Translations under genes and position numbers: made by a program
In this document: positions 49,069 to 58,419 of the stretch, piece after piece
Numbering within the stretch: the stretch's first letter is position 1
Layout: each line of letters begins with the position of its first letter
Notes under the pieces: generated by a model
What the model was told of the DNA's origin: nothing
The model's database searches: none
Seen by the model: the letters and a program-made list of their open reading frames with translations, nothing else
Origin: Hyphomicrobiales bacterium
Lineage (GTDB): Bacteria; Pseudomonadota; Alphaproteobacteria; Rhizobiales; RI-29
Assembly: GCA_016125495.1 (NCBI GenBank)
Contig: WGLQ01000003.1
Coordinates: 1 to 64,000, forward strand
Length of the DNA: 64,000 bases
Reading direction: 5' to 3'

Positions 49069-50178
49069 TCAGGTCGCCTTGAAATCCTCCCAGGCCGCGA
49101 GCCAGTCCTTGTCGTTGTCCGGCTTCTTCCTCGGCGAGAGATTGGCCATGAAGACCGTGTCGAACTTGTCGAGATCGGCGAGGTTCAGCAGTTCGCGCTT
49201 GTCGGCGGGAAGCTGCTCGGCGGCGTTGCGGTTCGGCACCATGGAGTAGTACGTCTTGGCGACCGCGAGGCGGGACTGGAAGACGGGACCGCAAATGTAC
49301 TGGAGGAATTTCACCGCGTTCTCCGGCCGCGTCGTGTTCTTGGCGATGCAGGGCGCCTGGTCCCAGGTCACGCCGCCTTCCTTGGGCACCACCGCTTTGA
49401 ACGGCAAGCCGGAATCGTACATGCCGGCCTGCACCCATTCACCGGCGATCGCGAGATCGTAGGTGCCGCCGGCCATGGCCTGCTGCACCTGGCTGGTGTT
49501 GCCGACGAGGCCGACCTGCGGGCGCAGGCGCTTCAACGTCGCCTTCAGCTTGTCGAAGGCGCCGGCATCGAGATCGTACGGGTTGGGATTGCCGTCGAAC
49601 TTGGAGAGGCAGCCCATGTTCGGGAGATACCAGTCGAACAGCGCCACGCGCCCCTTGACTTTCTCGTCGAAGAACAGCGCCCAGCTCGAGCAATCCTCCT
49701 CCGAGAACTTCTTGTGGTTGTAGGTGATGCCGTAGTAGCCGAAGCGGTTGACGATGGCATAGCGCTTGCCGTCGACGATGGTCGGCCCCCAGTTCGCGAT
49801 GATCGGGAAATAGTCCCCCAGCGGATAGTCGCCGTCGGAGAGCTCCATCAGCACACCGTCCTTGGCCGCCTGCGGGATGAAAGCGGAGGTGGGCGTCATG
49901 ATGTCGAAGGTGCCGGGCGCGGAGGTCTTGACGAGCGCCACCATCTCCTCGTCCGAGCCGTCGTGGATCTTGAGATTGACCTTGATGCCGGTCTCCTTTT
50001 CGAAGGGCTCCAGCATGCCGGGTTCCTCGTAGCCGCCGAAGGCGAGCACGTTGACCTCGCCAGCGGCATAGGCCCGGCGGGTCCACACCCAGGGCATCGC
50101 CATGGCCGTGCCGGCGGCGGCCGTCACCTTCAAGACATCGCGGCGACTGTGTCCGCCGCGTCGAGATGCAGAGTTCAT
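49069..50178 (-). CDS. ABC transporter periplasmic substrate-binding protein (PotD/PotF polyamine-type), Tat signal
   Basis: 369 aa from MNSASRRGGHSRRDVLKVTAAAGTAMAMPWVW (twin-arginine), then PotD/F-fold SBP. Confidence 0.8.
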   Translation of the reverse strand: MNSASRRGGHSRRDVLKVTAAAGTAMAMPWVWTRRAYAAGEVNVLAFGGYEEPGMLEPFEKETGIKVNLKIHDGSDEEMVALVKTSAPGTFDIMTPTSAFIPQAAKDGVLMELSDGDYPLGDYFPIIANWGPTIVDGKRYAIVNRFGYYGITYNHKKFSEEDCSSWALFFDEKVKGRVALFDWYLPNMGCLSKFDGNPNPYDLDAGAFDKLKATLKRLRPQVGLVGNTSQVQQAMAGGTYDLAIAGEWVQAGMYDSGLPFKAVVPKEGGVTWDQAPCIAKNTTRPENAVKFLQYICGPVFQSRLAVAKTYYSMVPNRNAAEQLPADKRELLNLADLDKFDTVFMANLSPRKKPDNDKDWLAAWEDFKAT

Positions 50179-50507
50179 TGCCGATCCTCCCGTTGCGTCG
50201 ATCCGCTCCCATCCGCCGCCGGGCAAGCAATCGCACCGGCGCGACGGTGACCGCGAGACAGCACCCGTCCTCGGTCACTCAGATTGTCAACAATTGACAA
50301 CGCTAAGGACGCTGGCCCATTGTGTCAAGGAGCGCTCGCGGGGCAACCTCGGGTCGCGGCGCTCGATCGGGGCGGGCCTTCGGTTGGCTCCAGCTCCATC
50401 CCGGGGCCGGACCGGATCGCACGCGACGGTGCTCGAAGCCAGGGCGCCGATGGCCGGTGACGCAGGCTGTCAGCGCGCCACGGGCGCATGAACGATAACG
50501 GAGCAAT

Positions 50508-51689
50508 ATGTCGGCAAACGGCGAGATCGGCGGCACGGCGCCGGCCAACAGGGGGCCGGAACCGCATCGGGACGCAGAGGATTGGGCAACCCATCCGCGC
50601 CCATCGCCTACGCTGGCGCTCGCCGAGGCGATCGAGGTGGCGCGCCGGGCCGGACGCGACGTGCTGTCAATCAGCACGCCGACATTCCCGGAGCATGCCC
50701 TGGACCCGAAGGTCGTCGGGGCGGCGAGTTGCCGGCTGTCGCCGGCGGAAGGCGCGCCGGAGTTGAGACGGGCGAGCAGGGACGCGCTGTTTTCCCGATG
50801 GCAATTGCCCGAGCACTCGGTGCTCGTGACCGCCGGTGCCAAGGCCGGCCTGTTTTGCGCCCTCAAGAGCGGGGCGCGACCGGGCAGCGCTGTCGTCGTC
50901 GTCGCGCCTGCCTGGCCCAGCTACGGCGATATCGTGCGGATGGCGGGCCTCTCGGCCCACGTCTACGAGACGCGGGCGCGGGACGGCTTCGCCATCGAGG
51001 CCGACGGTCTCGAGCGTGCGATGGTGGCGAGCGGAGCGCGAACGATCGTGCTCTCGAACCCCTCCAATCCGACAGGCCGCATCCTCGAGCCCGCCGAGCT
51101 CATGCTCCTGACACAGGCGGCCGAACGGCACGACGCGGAGCTGATCATCGACGAGAGCTTTTCCGACATCATGTTCGAGGAGAGCGCCTGGCAAAACTCC
51201 GTGGCGCCCGGGAACCGGCGTATCGTCATCCTCAATTCGTTCTCCAAGAATTTTCATCTCCAGGGCCTGCGGGTCGCCGCCTGCCTTGCGCATCAGAGCC
51301 GGGCCGGCGCGATCGTCGCCTGCCACCAGACACTCTTCAGCGCGGCGCCCAGTGTCAGCCAGGCGATCGCGCTCGCCGCGCTCGACGACAAAGGCCGCAT
51401 TCCGCCGTCCGCGCACTACGGCGCGGCTCGCGAGGTCGCGCTCGAGATCATCGCACGGGCGGGATGGCGTCTTTCCAGGGGTGGCGGAACCTTCTATTTC
51501 TTTCCGTCCATGACGGATGCCCAGCGGACCATCGCGGCGATGCAGGAAGCGGGAATCTACGCGCTCTCCGGCGCGGCCTTCGGGGACGCCTATGGCGATC
51601 ATTTGCGCGTGTGCTATGGCAAGCCCGTGGCGGAAATGATCGCGATCCGCGAGCGCCTGGCCGCCGCCGGGATCATCGGGCGGGGCTAG
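50508..51689 (+). CDS. class-I/II PLP-dependent aminotransferase
   Basis: 393 aa. SFSKNFHLQGLRV contains the PLP-Lys (SxSK). NPSNPTG motif. Confidence 0.8.
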   Translation: MSANGEIGGTAPANRGPEPHRDAEDWATHPRPSPTLALAEAIEVARRAGRDVLSISTPTFPEHALDPKVVGAASCRLSPAEGAPELRRASRDALFSRWQLPEHSVLVTAGAKAGLFCALKSGARPGSAVVVVAPAWPSYGDIVRMAGLSAHVYETRARDGFAIEADGLERAMVASGARTIVLSNPSNPTGRILEPAELMLLTQAAERHDAELIIDESFSDIMFEESAWQNSVAPGNRRIVILNSFSKNFHLQGLRVAACLAHQSRAGAIVACHQTLFSAAPSVSQAIALAALDDKGRIPPSAHYGAAREVALEIIARAGWRLSRGGGTFYFFPSMTDAQRTIAAMQEAGIYALSGAAFGDAYGDHLRVCYGKPVAEMIAIRERLAAAGIIGRG

Positions 51690-51692
51690 TTC

Positions 51693-53012
51693 ATGCCGGA
51701 TATCATCTCCCCCAACTCGGGCACGGCGATCGGCCACTGGGAACCGACGTCGGAGGCCGGCATCGAGAGCATCCTCGCGGGTCTCGGACTGCGGCAGCGG
51801 GCAATGCCGGGCCCGGGCGAGCGCGCCGGGCAGTTGAGGGCGCTCGCCAGCCGGCTCGCCGGGCGAAAGGAGGCGCTCACGCGCGTCATCGTCGCTGAGG
51901 TCGGCAAGACGCCGGGCGAAGCCGCCGACGAGGTGGATTATGCGGCGAGCTTCCTCGAATATGCCGCCGGTGTGTGTGACCATGCGCTGAGCCGCACGAC
52001 GAAGGGAGGCGAGCGGGACCTCTGCGTCGTGCCGGCGGGGCCGGCGCTGCTCATCGCCCCCTACAATGATCCCCTCGCCGGCATCACGCGAAAAATCGCC
52101 CCCGCCATCGCCTCCGGCTGTCCGGCCGTCGTCAAGCCGTCCGCGCTCGGTCAGCTGACGGCCGAGGCCTTGATGGCGAGCGTCGGCGACTGCGGTCTCG
52201 GCGACCTCGTGCACATGGTCAATCACACGAGCCGCGACGTGCTCGACCGGCTGGTTCGCGACGAGCGGCTCCGGGTGCTCTCGTTCACGGGCTCGACGGA
52301 AGTCGGCGTGGCGCTCGCAGCCAAGGCCGGCGGCAGCCTCAAGCGCCTCGTCCTCGAGCTCGGGGGTAACAATCCTTTCCTCGTCCTCGAGGGCGCGGAC
52401 GTCGAGCGCGCGGTGCGCGATGCGGTGGCGCGGAAAATCCGGGCAGCGGGCCAGGCCTGCTCGGCGGAGAACCGGATCTACGTTGTCCCTTCTCTCTATT
52501 CGGCGTTCCGCGACCGGTTCATGGACGCCCTCGGCGCGATCACCTACGGGCCCTCCGACATCGGCGTCTCGATGGGACCGCAGCGCACGGCACGCGCGGT
52601 CGAGACGCTCGAGCGGCTGGTCGCGGCGAGCCGGGCAGACGGGTCGGTCGAACGCCTCGGGCAACGCGCGGGGGAGGGCGGTTTCCTGTTCCCACCGACG
52701 GTCGTTGCAAGCGATGTCGCGCTGCGCGAAGCAGAGGCGTTCGGGCCGCTCGTCTCGCTCACCTCCGCGACGCGCGAGGAGGCTCTCGCGATCGCCGCCG
52801 GCGAGCGCCAGGCGCTCGTCTGCTACATCTATGGCGAGATCGCCGAGGAAGAAATCGCACCGCTGCGCTTCGGCTCGATCGGGCTCAACTCGACACGCAT
52901 CCAGGGACCGGACGTGCCGACCGGTGGGTTCGGCACCGCTGGCATCGGGCGCGAAGGCGGCCCGTGGGGGCTCGAAGAGTACCTCACCACCATCAACATC
53001 CGCCGCGGCTGA
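51693..53012 (+). CDS. aldehyde dehydrogenase family protein
   Basis: 439 aa. Catalytic Cys context (AAGQACSAENRIYV). Glu in LELGGNNP. 4-bp gap from upstream aminotransferase. Confidence 0.85.
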   Translation: MPDIISPNSGTAIGHWEPTSEAGIESILAGLGLRQRAMPGPGERAGQLRALASRLAGRKEALTRVIVAEVGKTPGEAADEVDYAASFLEYAAGVCDHALSRTTKGGERDLCVVPAGPALLIAPYNDPLAGITRKIAPAIASGCPAVVKPSALGQLTAEALMASVGDCGLGDLVHMVNHTSRDVLDRLVRDERLRVLSFTGSTEVGVALAAKAGGSLKRLVLELGGNNPFLVLEGADVERAVRDAVARKIRAAGQACSAENRIYVVPSLYSAFRDRFMDALGAITYGPSDIGVSMGPQRTARAVETLERLVAASRADGSVERLGQRAGEGGFLFPPTVVASDVALREAEAFGPLVSLTSATREEALAIAAGERQALVCYIYGEIAEEEIAPLRFGSIGLNSTRIQGPDVPTGGFGTAGIGREGGPWGLEEYLTTINIRRG

Positions 53013-53028
53013 ATGGAAGGACGAAAAA

Positions 53029-53406
53029 ATGATGCGTGAACTCGTCACGGACCCGTCAGCGCCCGCCTCGACCTCTCCCGTCTCGCAGGCAACGCTTGGT
53101 GGCGGGTTCGTGTTCGTCTCGGGGCAGATGCCACGCGACATGGCTAGCGGGCGCATCGTCGAGGGCGCAGAGGCGCAGGCGCGCCTTTCGATGCAGCACT
53201 GCCTCTCGATCCTGAAGGCCGCCGGCTCCGGCCCCGAAAAGGTGATGATCGCCTGGATCTACGTGACCGACCTCTCCGTGAAGCCAGCCGTCAACGCGGT
53301 CTTTGCCGAGACGTTCGGGGATCGCCCGCCCGCGCGCAATCTCGTTGCCGTCAAGGACATCGGCGAGGAGGCCCTCGTCGAGATATCGCTCATCGCACTC
53401 GCGTGA
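53029..53406 (+). CDS. RidA/YjgF-family (reactive enamine/imine deaminase-like) protein
   Basis: 125 aa from MMRELVTDPSAP. GGFVFVSGQ and conserved C-terminal AVKDIGEEALVEI pattern. GGAAGGA RBS. Confidence 0.7.
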   Translation: MMRELVTDPSAPASTSPVSQATLGGGFVFVSGQMPRDMASGRIVEGAEAQARLSMQHCLSILKAAGSGPEKVMIAWIYVTDLSVKPAVNAVFAETFGDRPPARNLVAVKDIGEEALVEISLIALA

Positions 53407-55378
53407 CCGCACCCTCGAGGATTTCGAGCGCCCGGTCGATCTCCTCGTCGGAGACCGTCAGTGGCGGCACGAGACCGATGACGTGGCCGTGGGTGCCGCA
53501 CTCCCAGGTGACGAGGCCCGACGCGAGGGCGGCCGAGCGGATGGCGCGCGTGCGCGACTGATCGGGCGCGCCGGAGGTATCGAAAACGGCGAGACCACGC
53601 ATCGCGGCAGTGCCAACGAGCGCCGTTTCGGGGCAGCGCGCGGCAAGTCCACTACCTGCGATGCGCTCGCCGATCCCGAGCGCACGGGCGATCAAGCCCT
53701 CCTCCAGCAGCACGTCGAGGGTCGCGAGCGAGGCCGCGGCCGACAGGGGATGGAGCTGGAAGGTCGAGGATTGCACGCCGGGGCGCAGCAGCTTCAAGAT
53801 TTCCGGCCGTGCCGCCACCAGCGCCCCGGGTACACCGCCGCTCGCTGCCTTGGCAAGAACCAGGATGTCGGGGATCGCATCACTCCATTGGACCCCGAAG
53901 AGGCGGCCGGTGCGCCCGTAGCCGGTGAAGACCTCGTCGGCAACGAGGAGGGTTCCGGCGCTCCGGCAACGCGCCGCGAGCATCCCCAGAAGCCCTCGAT
54001 GCGGCGAGCGCATGCCCGCCGTCGCCTGGACCGGCTCGACGAGAACGGCCGCGACGTCTCCCGTCGACAACGCGCGATCGAGGCGCTCGCCGAGGTCGGC
54101 GAGATCGCCATCGCTCACCGGATACGGCAAATGCACGGTGTCGGGTTTGAGTTCTCCGAGGACCGCATTGGCGCCGCGCGCGTGCGAGACGGCGAGCGAG
54201 CCGATGGTGCGGCCGTGATAGGAGCCCTCGAAGGCCAGGAAGCGGCGCCGTCCGGTCGCATGCACGGCCGCCTTCAGCGCCGTCTCGATCGCTTCGGTGC
54301 CGTTGGTCGCGGGGTGGAACGCCGAGAGGCCCGAAGGCAGAACGCCGGCAAGGCGCTCCATGAGCGCGATCTGGACAGGAGCATGAAAGTGCGGCCCGAG
54401 GTGCGTCAGCCCGCGATCGAGTTCCGTGCGGATCGCGGCGAGCACACGCGGATGGCCGTGGCCGAGCACGGTCGTTCCCGAGCCGCAGGCAAAGTCGAGA
54501 TAGCGCTTGCCGTCCGTGTCGAGCAGCATCGTGCCGGCGGCGGAGCGGAAAACCGGCGGGGTCTCGCTGATGGCATAGGTCTTCGTGCCCGACGAGAGGT
54601 GGCGACGCATGGCGCCATGGATGCGCCCGGTCTCCCCCTTGCCCGGCGGTGGATCGAAAAGCCGACCCATCCCGGGTTTTTCCGCCTCGACGCCGGCGAG
54701 CCGGCAGGCGTGCCAAACGAGGGCGGCCGTCGCGGGCACGGCGGGCTTGCCGCGATCGGCCTCGAGGCGGGCCAGCATGCCGGCGGTGCGCAGACCGCCT
54801 CCGAGGAATACGATGGCATCGGCTTCGGGATGGTCGGCGCTCACCGCGGCACCCCGCCAGACCTCCGCCCCCGCGCCGGCAATGGCGTGCTCGTCGTGGT
54901 GGGCGACCTGCCGCAGCGAAACGACCGCCAGGCCATCGGCCTCGAGGAAAGCAAGGCCCGCCGCCGTGACCTCGGCATCGTAGGGGGAGACGACGGCGAT
55001 GCGCCGCGCATCGAGGTGAGCGAGGGCCGCTCCAAGGGCTGTGGAAGGAGTGGTGCCGTGTGGGGCGCCGGCAGCCTCGGCGATCGCGCGCGCCTGGACC
55101 AGATCGAAGCCCGACCCTTTGATGAAGGAACCGGCGTGGTCGCCGAGCGCGGCGACCGCCGGTCTTGCCGCGCGCGTGAGGCGGGCGGCGGTGATCATCG
55201 GCGCGAGATCGGCGGAGGCCTCGAAGGTCGCGCGATCGAGGCCATGTCCTTCGAGCGTGCCCGGGTAGCGTGAGGCGAGCCAGGCGACGCCGTCCGGCAG
55301 ATAGGACCAATACTCGTCGTCGTTGAGACCGTCGTCGGGCCAGATGAACGCGACGCGTGCGCGGCTGCCTCTCGTCAT
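53390..55378 (-). CDS. fusion protein: N-terminal Asp/Glu/hydantoin-racemase-superfamily domain (arylmalonate decarboxylase / EutA-like) + C-terminal class-III aminotransferase
   Basis: 662 aa. N-terminal about 240 aa with VAFIWPDDG and paired Cys/Asp-racemase-fold segments. C-terminal omega-aminotransferase with PLP-Lys in LVLAKAASGGVP. GAGGAG RBS before ATG 55378. Confidence 0.75.
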   Translation of the reverse strand: MTRGSRARVAFIWPDDGLNDDEYWSYLPDGVAWLASRYPGTLEGHGLDRATFEASADLAPMITAARLTRAARPAVAALGDHAGSFIKGSGFDLVQARAIAEAAGAPHGTTPSTALGAALAHLDARRIAVVSPYDAEVTAAGLAFLEADGLAVVSLRQVAHHDEHAIAGAGAEVWRGAAVSADHPEADAIVFLGGGLRTAGMLARLEADRGKPAVPATAALVWHACRLAGVEAEKPGMGRLFDPPPGKGETGRIHGAMRRHLSSGTKTYAISETPPVFRSAAGTMLLDTDGKRYLDFACGSGTTVLGHGHPRVLAAIRTELDRGLTHLGPHFHAPVQIALMERLAGVLPSGLSAFHPATNGTEAIETALKAAVHATGRRRFLAFEGSYHGRTIGSLAVSHARGANAVLGELKPDTVHLPYPVSDGDLADLGERLDRALSTGDVAAVLVEPVQATAGMRSPHRGLLGMLAARCRSAGTLLVADEVFTGYGRTGRLFGVQWSDAIPDILVLAKAASGGVPGALVAARPEILKLLRPGVQSSTFQLHPLSAAASLATLDVLLEEGLIARALGIGERIAGSGLAARCPETALVGTAAMRGLAVFDTSGAPDQSRTRAIRSAALASGLVTWECGTHGHVIGLVPPLTVSDEEIDRALEILEGAVTRVR

Positions 55379-55388
55379 CAAGGTCTCC

Positions 55389-56132
55389 TCAATGCCCGAG
55401 CACGTTGTCGAGGAACCGGCGCAGGCGCGGATGGGGTGGAGCGGAAAAGAACTCGTCGGGCGGCGCGAGTGCGACGATGCGCCCGTGATCCATGAACGCG
55501 ACCCGATCGGCGGCGCGGCGCGCGAACCCCATCTCGTGCGTCACGACGATCATGCTCATGCCCTGACCTCCGAGTTCGAGCATGACGTCGAGCACCTCCT
55601 TGATGGTCTCTGGGTCGAGTGCCGACGTCGGCTCGTCGAACAGCATGAGGACGGGGTCCATGGCGAGCGCGCGGGCGATCGCGACGCGCTGCTGCTGGCC
55701 GCCGGAGAGCTGGGAGGGCAGTTTGGCGGCCTGATCGGCGAGGCGGACACGCTCGAGCAGCACCATGGCTTTGGCCTCGGCCACGTCGCGCGGCATGTCG
55801 AGCAGCTTTCGCGGAGCAACGGTGATGTTGTCTATGACGGAAAGGTGCGGAAAAAGATTGAACTGCTGGAAGACCATGCCGACCCTGCGGCGGAGCCGGG
55901 CGAGGCCGGCCCGGTCACCACGCACCAACTCTCCCTCGACGGCGATCGCTCCGGCGTCCGGTTCCTCGAGCCGGTTGATGCAACGGATCAGCGTCGACTT
56001 GCCGGAGCCCGAGGGGCCGCAGACGACGAGCCGCTCGCCGCGTGCCATTTCCAGATCGACGCCATCGAGCGCCGTGAAGGACCCGAAGCGCTTGACGAGG
56101 CCGGTGATGCTCAAAAGGGGAGGGGCTGTCAT
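55389..56132 (-). CDS. polar amino-acid ABC transporter ATP-binding protein
   Basis: 247 aa. [35 protein letters not shown]. Confidence 0.9.
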   Translation of the reverse strand: MTAPPLLSITGLVKRFGSFTALDGVDLEMARGERLVVCGPSGSGKSTLIRCINRLEEPDAGAIAVEGELVRGDRAGLARLRRRVGMVFQQFNLFPHLSVIDNITVAPRKLLDMPRDVAEAKAMVLLERVRLADQAAKLPSQLSGGQQQRVAIARALAMDPVLMLFDEPTSALDPETIKEVLDVMLELGGQGMSMIVVTHEMGFARRAADRVAFMDHGRIVALAPPDEFFSAPPHPRLRRFLDNVLGH

Positions 56133-56159
56133 GTGGTCTCGTTGATCCCCGCTTCGATT

Positions 56160-56810
56160 TCAGTGCGCGAGCCTGCGCTCGAGCGTGCGTGAGAGGTGCG
56201 AAAGTACGCCGACGATGACGAGGTAGAGCAGCGTCATCTGCACCACGATCTCGACGACGACGAAGGTCTCGAAGATGAGCGCGTTGCCGACCTGCGCGAT
56301 CTCGTGGACGGAAATGACGGAGAGCAGGGCGGATGCCTTGATGACGTTCGCGAGTTCGTTGGTGAGCGGCGGCAGGATGCGCTTGAGGGCCTGCGGGAAC
56401 AGCAGCTCCAGATAGGTTCGCCAGAGCGGAAAGCCGAGCGCCAGCGCCGCCTCGCGCTGGCCGCGCCCGAGGCTGTCGATCGCCGAGCGGATGATCTCCA
56501 CCGCATAGACCGCGCCGACGATCGTGAGCGCCGCGACACCCGTCCAGAAGCCGTTGAGAACGAGCCCGATGGCGGGAAGCCCGAAATAGACGAAACTGAT
56601 GACGAGGAGCGGCGGGATGCCGCGCACGACCTCGACGAAGGCGGCGACGAGGAGGCGTAGGGGAAGCGGACCGATCATGCGCGCGACCGCGAGCGGGGGG
56701 GCCAGCAGGCAGGCGAAACCCAGCGCGAGAACGCTGACCTCGACAGTGACGACGGCCGCCTCGAGCATACGCGGAAGGAATTCGAAGAATGCGTTCCAAT
56801 CGAATTTCAT
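56160..56810 (-). CDS. polar amino-acid ABC transporter permease (HisM/GlnP family)
   Basis: 216 aa. 5 TM. EAA loop (QREAALALGFPLWRTYLELLFPQALKRILPPLTNE). Confidence 0.85.
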   Translation of the reverse strand: MKFDWNAFFEFLPRMLEAAVVTVEVSVLALGFACLLAPPLAVARMIGPLPLRLLVAAFVEVVRGIPPLLVISFVYFGLPAIGLVLNGFWTGVAALTIVGAVYAVEIIRSAIDSLGRGQREAALALGFPLWRTYLELLFPQALKRILPPLTNELANVIKASALLSVISVHEIAQVGNALIFETFVVVEIVVQMTLLYLVIVGVLSHLSRTLERRLAH

Positions 56811-57481
56811 CGCTGCTCCGCAAGACCTCCCGAAGCCGAGAGCCGACCCTCGAGCGCGCGTGCAACGAGGCTCAGCGCGTAAACGAAGCAGAAGTACCAG
56901 AAGCCCTCCACGATCAACACCTCAACGAAGCGGAAATTCGCCGAGATGATCGCCTCGGCGGCCTTGTGCAGTTCGTAGAGCGTGATGATGGAGAGAACGC
57001 TCGAGGCCTTGATGAGCTGCGAGAGTTCGTTCATGACCGGCCCCACCATGCGGCGGGCGGCCTGCGGGAGGATGAAACTCCAGAGTGTGGGACGCGCCTC
57101 GAAGCCGAGCGCGTAGGCCGCCTCCCATTGACCGCGCGGGACAGAGGAGACGGCGGCCCGACCGATCTCGATCTGATAGCCGGCCGAGTTCACGACGAGC
57201 GCCAGAACCCCCATCCAGAAGAGCGGAAGCTTGATGCCGGCGGCGGGAAGAAGGAAATAGACGGCGAAAATCTGGATGAGAATCGGCGTGCCACGCACGA
57301 AAAAGACGTAGGCATCGAGCAGCCATGCGGCGATGTGGCGATCGGGGAGCGTCGTTCTCAGGGTTCCGAGGGCGAGGCCGAGCGGCGTTGCCATGACGAG
57401 CGCGGTGAGCGAAAGCGCGATCGTGAGACCGAGCGGGGGCAGGAGCCGGACGAGGACGTCGAGCATGAATGCCAGGTCCAT
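56807..57481 (-). CDS. polar amino-acid ABC transporter permease (HisQ/GlnP family)
   Basis: 224 aa. EAA loop (QWEAAYALGFEARPTLWSFILPQAARRMVGPVMNE). ATGA overlap with downstream permease. Confidence 0.85.
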   Translation of the reverse strand: MDLAFMLDVLVRLLPPLGLTIALSLTALVMATPLGLALGTLRTTLPDRHIAAWLLDAYVFFVRGTPILIQIFAVYFLLPAAGIKLPLFWMGVLALVVNSAGYQIEIGRAAVSSVPRGQWEAAYALGFEARPTLWSFILPQAARRMVGPVMNELSQLIKASSVLSIITLYELHKAAEAIISANFRFVEVLIVEGFWYFCFVYALSLVARALEGRLSASGGLAEQR

Positions 57482-57556
57482 CGTCCCGCTCCCGTTCCAA
57501 CAGACACGACGCGCCGTGGAAGTCGCCTTGGCGCGTCGGATGGCGTCGCCGCGATA

Positions 57557-58400
57557 TCACCAGGTCGGCGCTGCGTCGGGCAGCGCGTCGACGAAGGACT
57601 GGCCGAACCACTTCATCTGGAGTTCGGCGAGCAGGCCGCTCTTTTTCGCCCCGAGGATGAAGGCATCGAACGCGGCGCGCAGGTCGTCGTCCTCCTTGCG
57701 GAAGGCCGCGGCCGTCCACTCGCCGGCGAACTTGCCATCGCAGTTCCAGGCCATGGCCTTGAGGGTCGGATTGGCCTTCTGTCCTTCGAGCAGTGAGACG
57801 ATGGTGGAGGCATAACCCGCGATGCGGCCGATCTTCATGGCTTCGTAGGCGAGCGCATCGTTGTCGAAGGTCTGAATGGAGCCGGAGAACGTGATGCCCT
57901 TGGCGGCGGCGCACTCCTCGAGCTGCTTGATCTGCGGCGTGCCGGCACCGGCGGCCACGGCCTTGCCGGCGAGGTCGGCGAAGGTTGCCGCGCCGCCATC
58001 CGACACCACCATGAGGCCGGAGGCCGCATCCATGTAGGGAACGGAGAAATTCACCCGCTCGAAGCGCTTCTGGGTCGCCGTCATGCCACCCTGGATCATG
58101 TCGAAATCGCCGTTGTATAGCGACTGGATGACGGTCGACCAGTTGGTGTCGATCGGCATCGCCTTGACCCCGAGAGAGGCGGCGAAGGCACCAGCGAGAT
58201 CGATGTCGTAGCCGACGATGTTGTTGTTCTCGTCGCGGAACTCGAAGGGCCGGTACTGCGCTTCCAGCCCGAAGCGGAGTTCGCCTCGCGCCTTTATCTC
58301 GTCGAGCTTGCCGGCCTCGACCGGGGTCGAGATGCCCACTGCCAGGCCGATCGCCGCGGCCAATCCGAGCATGAACCTCATGGAACGAAACTCCTCACCT
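57557..58400 (-). CDS. polar amino-acid ABC transporter substrate-binding protein
   Basis: 281 aa from MRFMLGLAAAIGLAVGISTPVEA (signal peptide). SBP_bac_3 fold (ELRFGLEAQYRPFEF...). Confidence 0.8.
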
Positions 58401-58419
58401 TCTGCGTTGCTTTCTTCAT

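Noticed and set aside
50667-53156. 829-aa minus-strand ORF antisense to the aminotransferase-ALDH operon; similarly 53303-55273 plus-strand 656-aa ORF antisense to the fusion gene
   Set aside because: Antisense to motif-bearing genes. Low-complexity composition.
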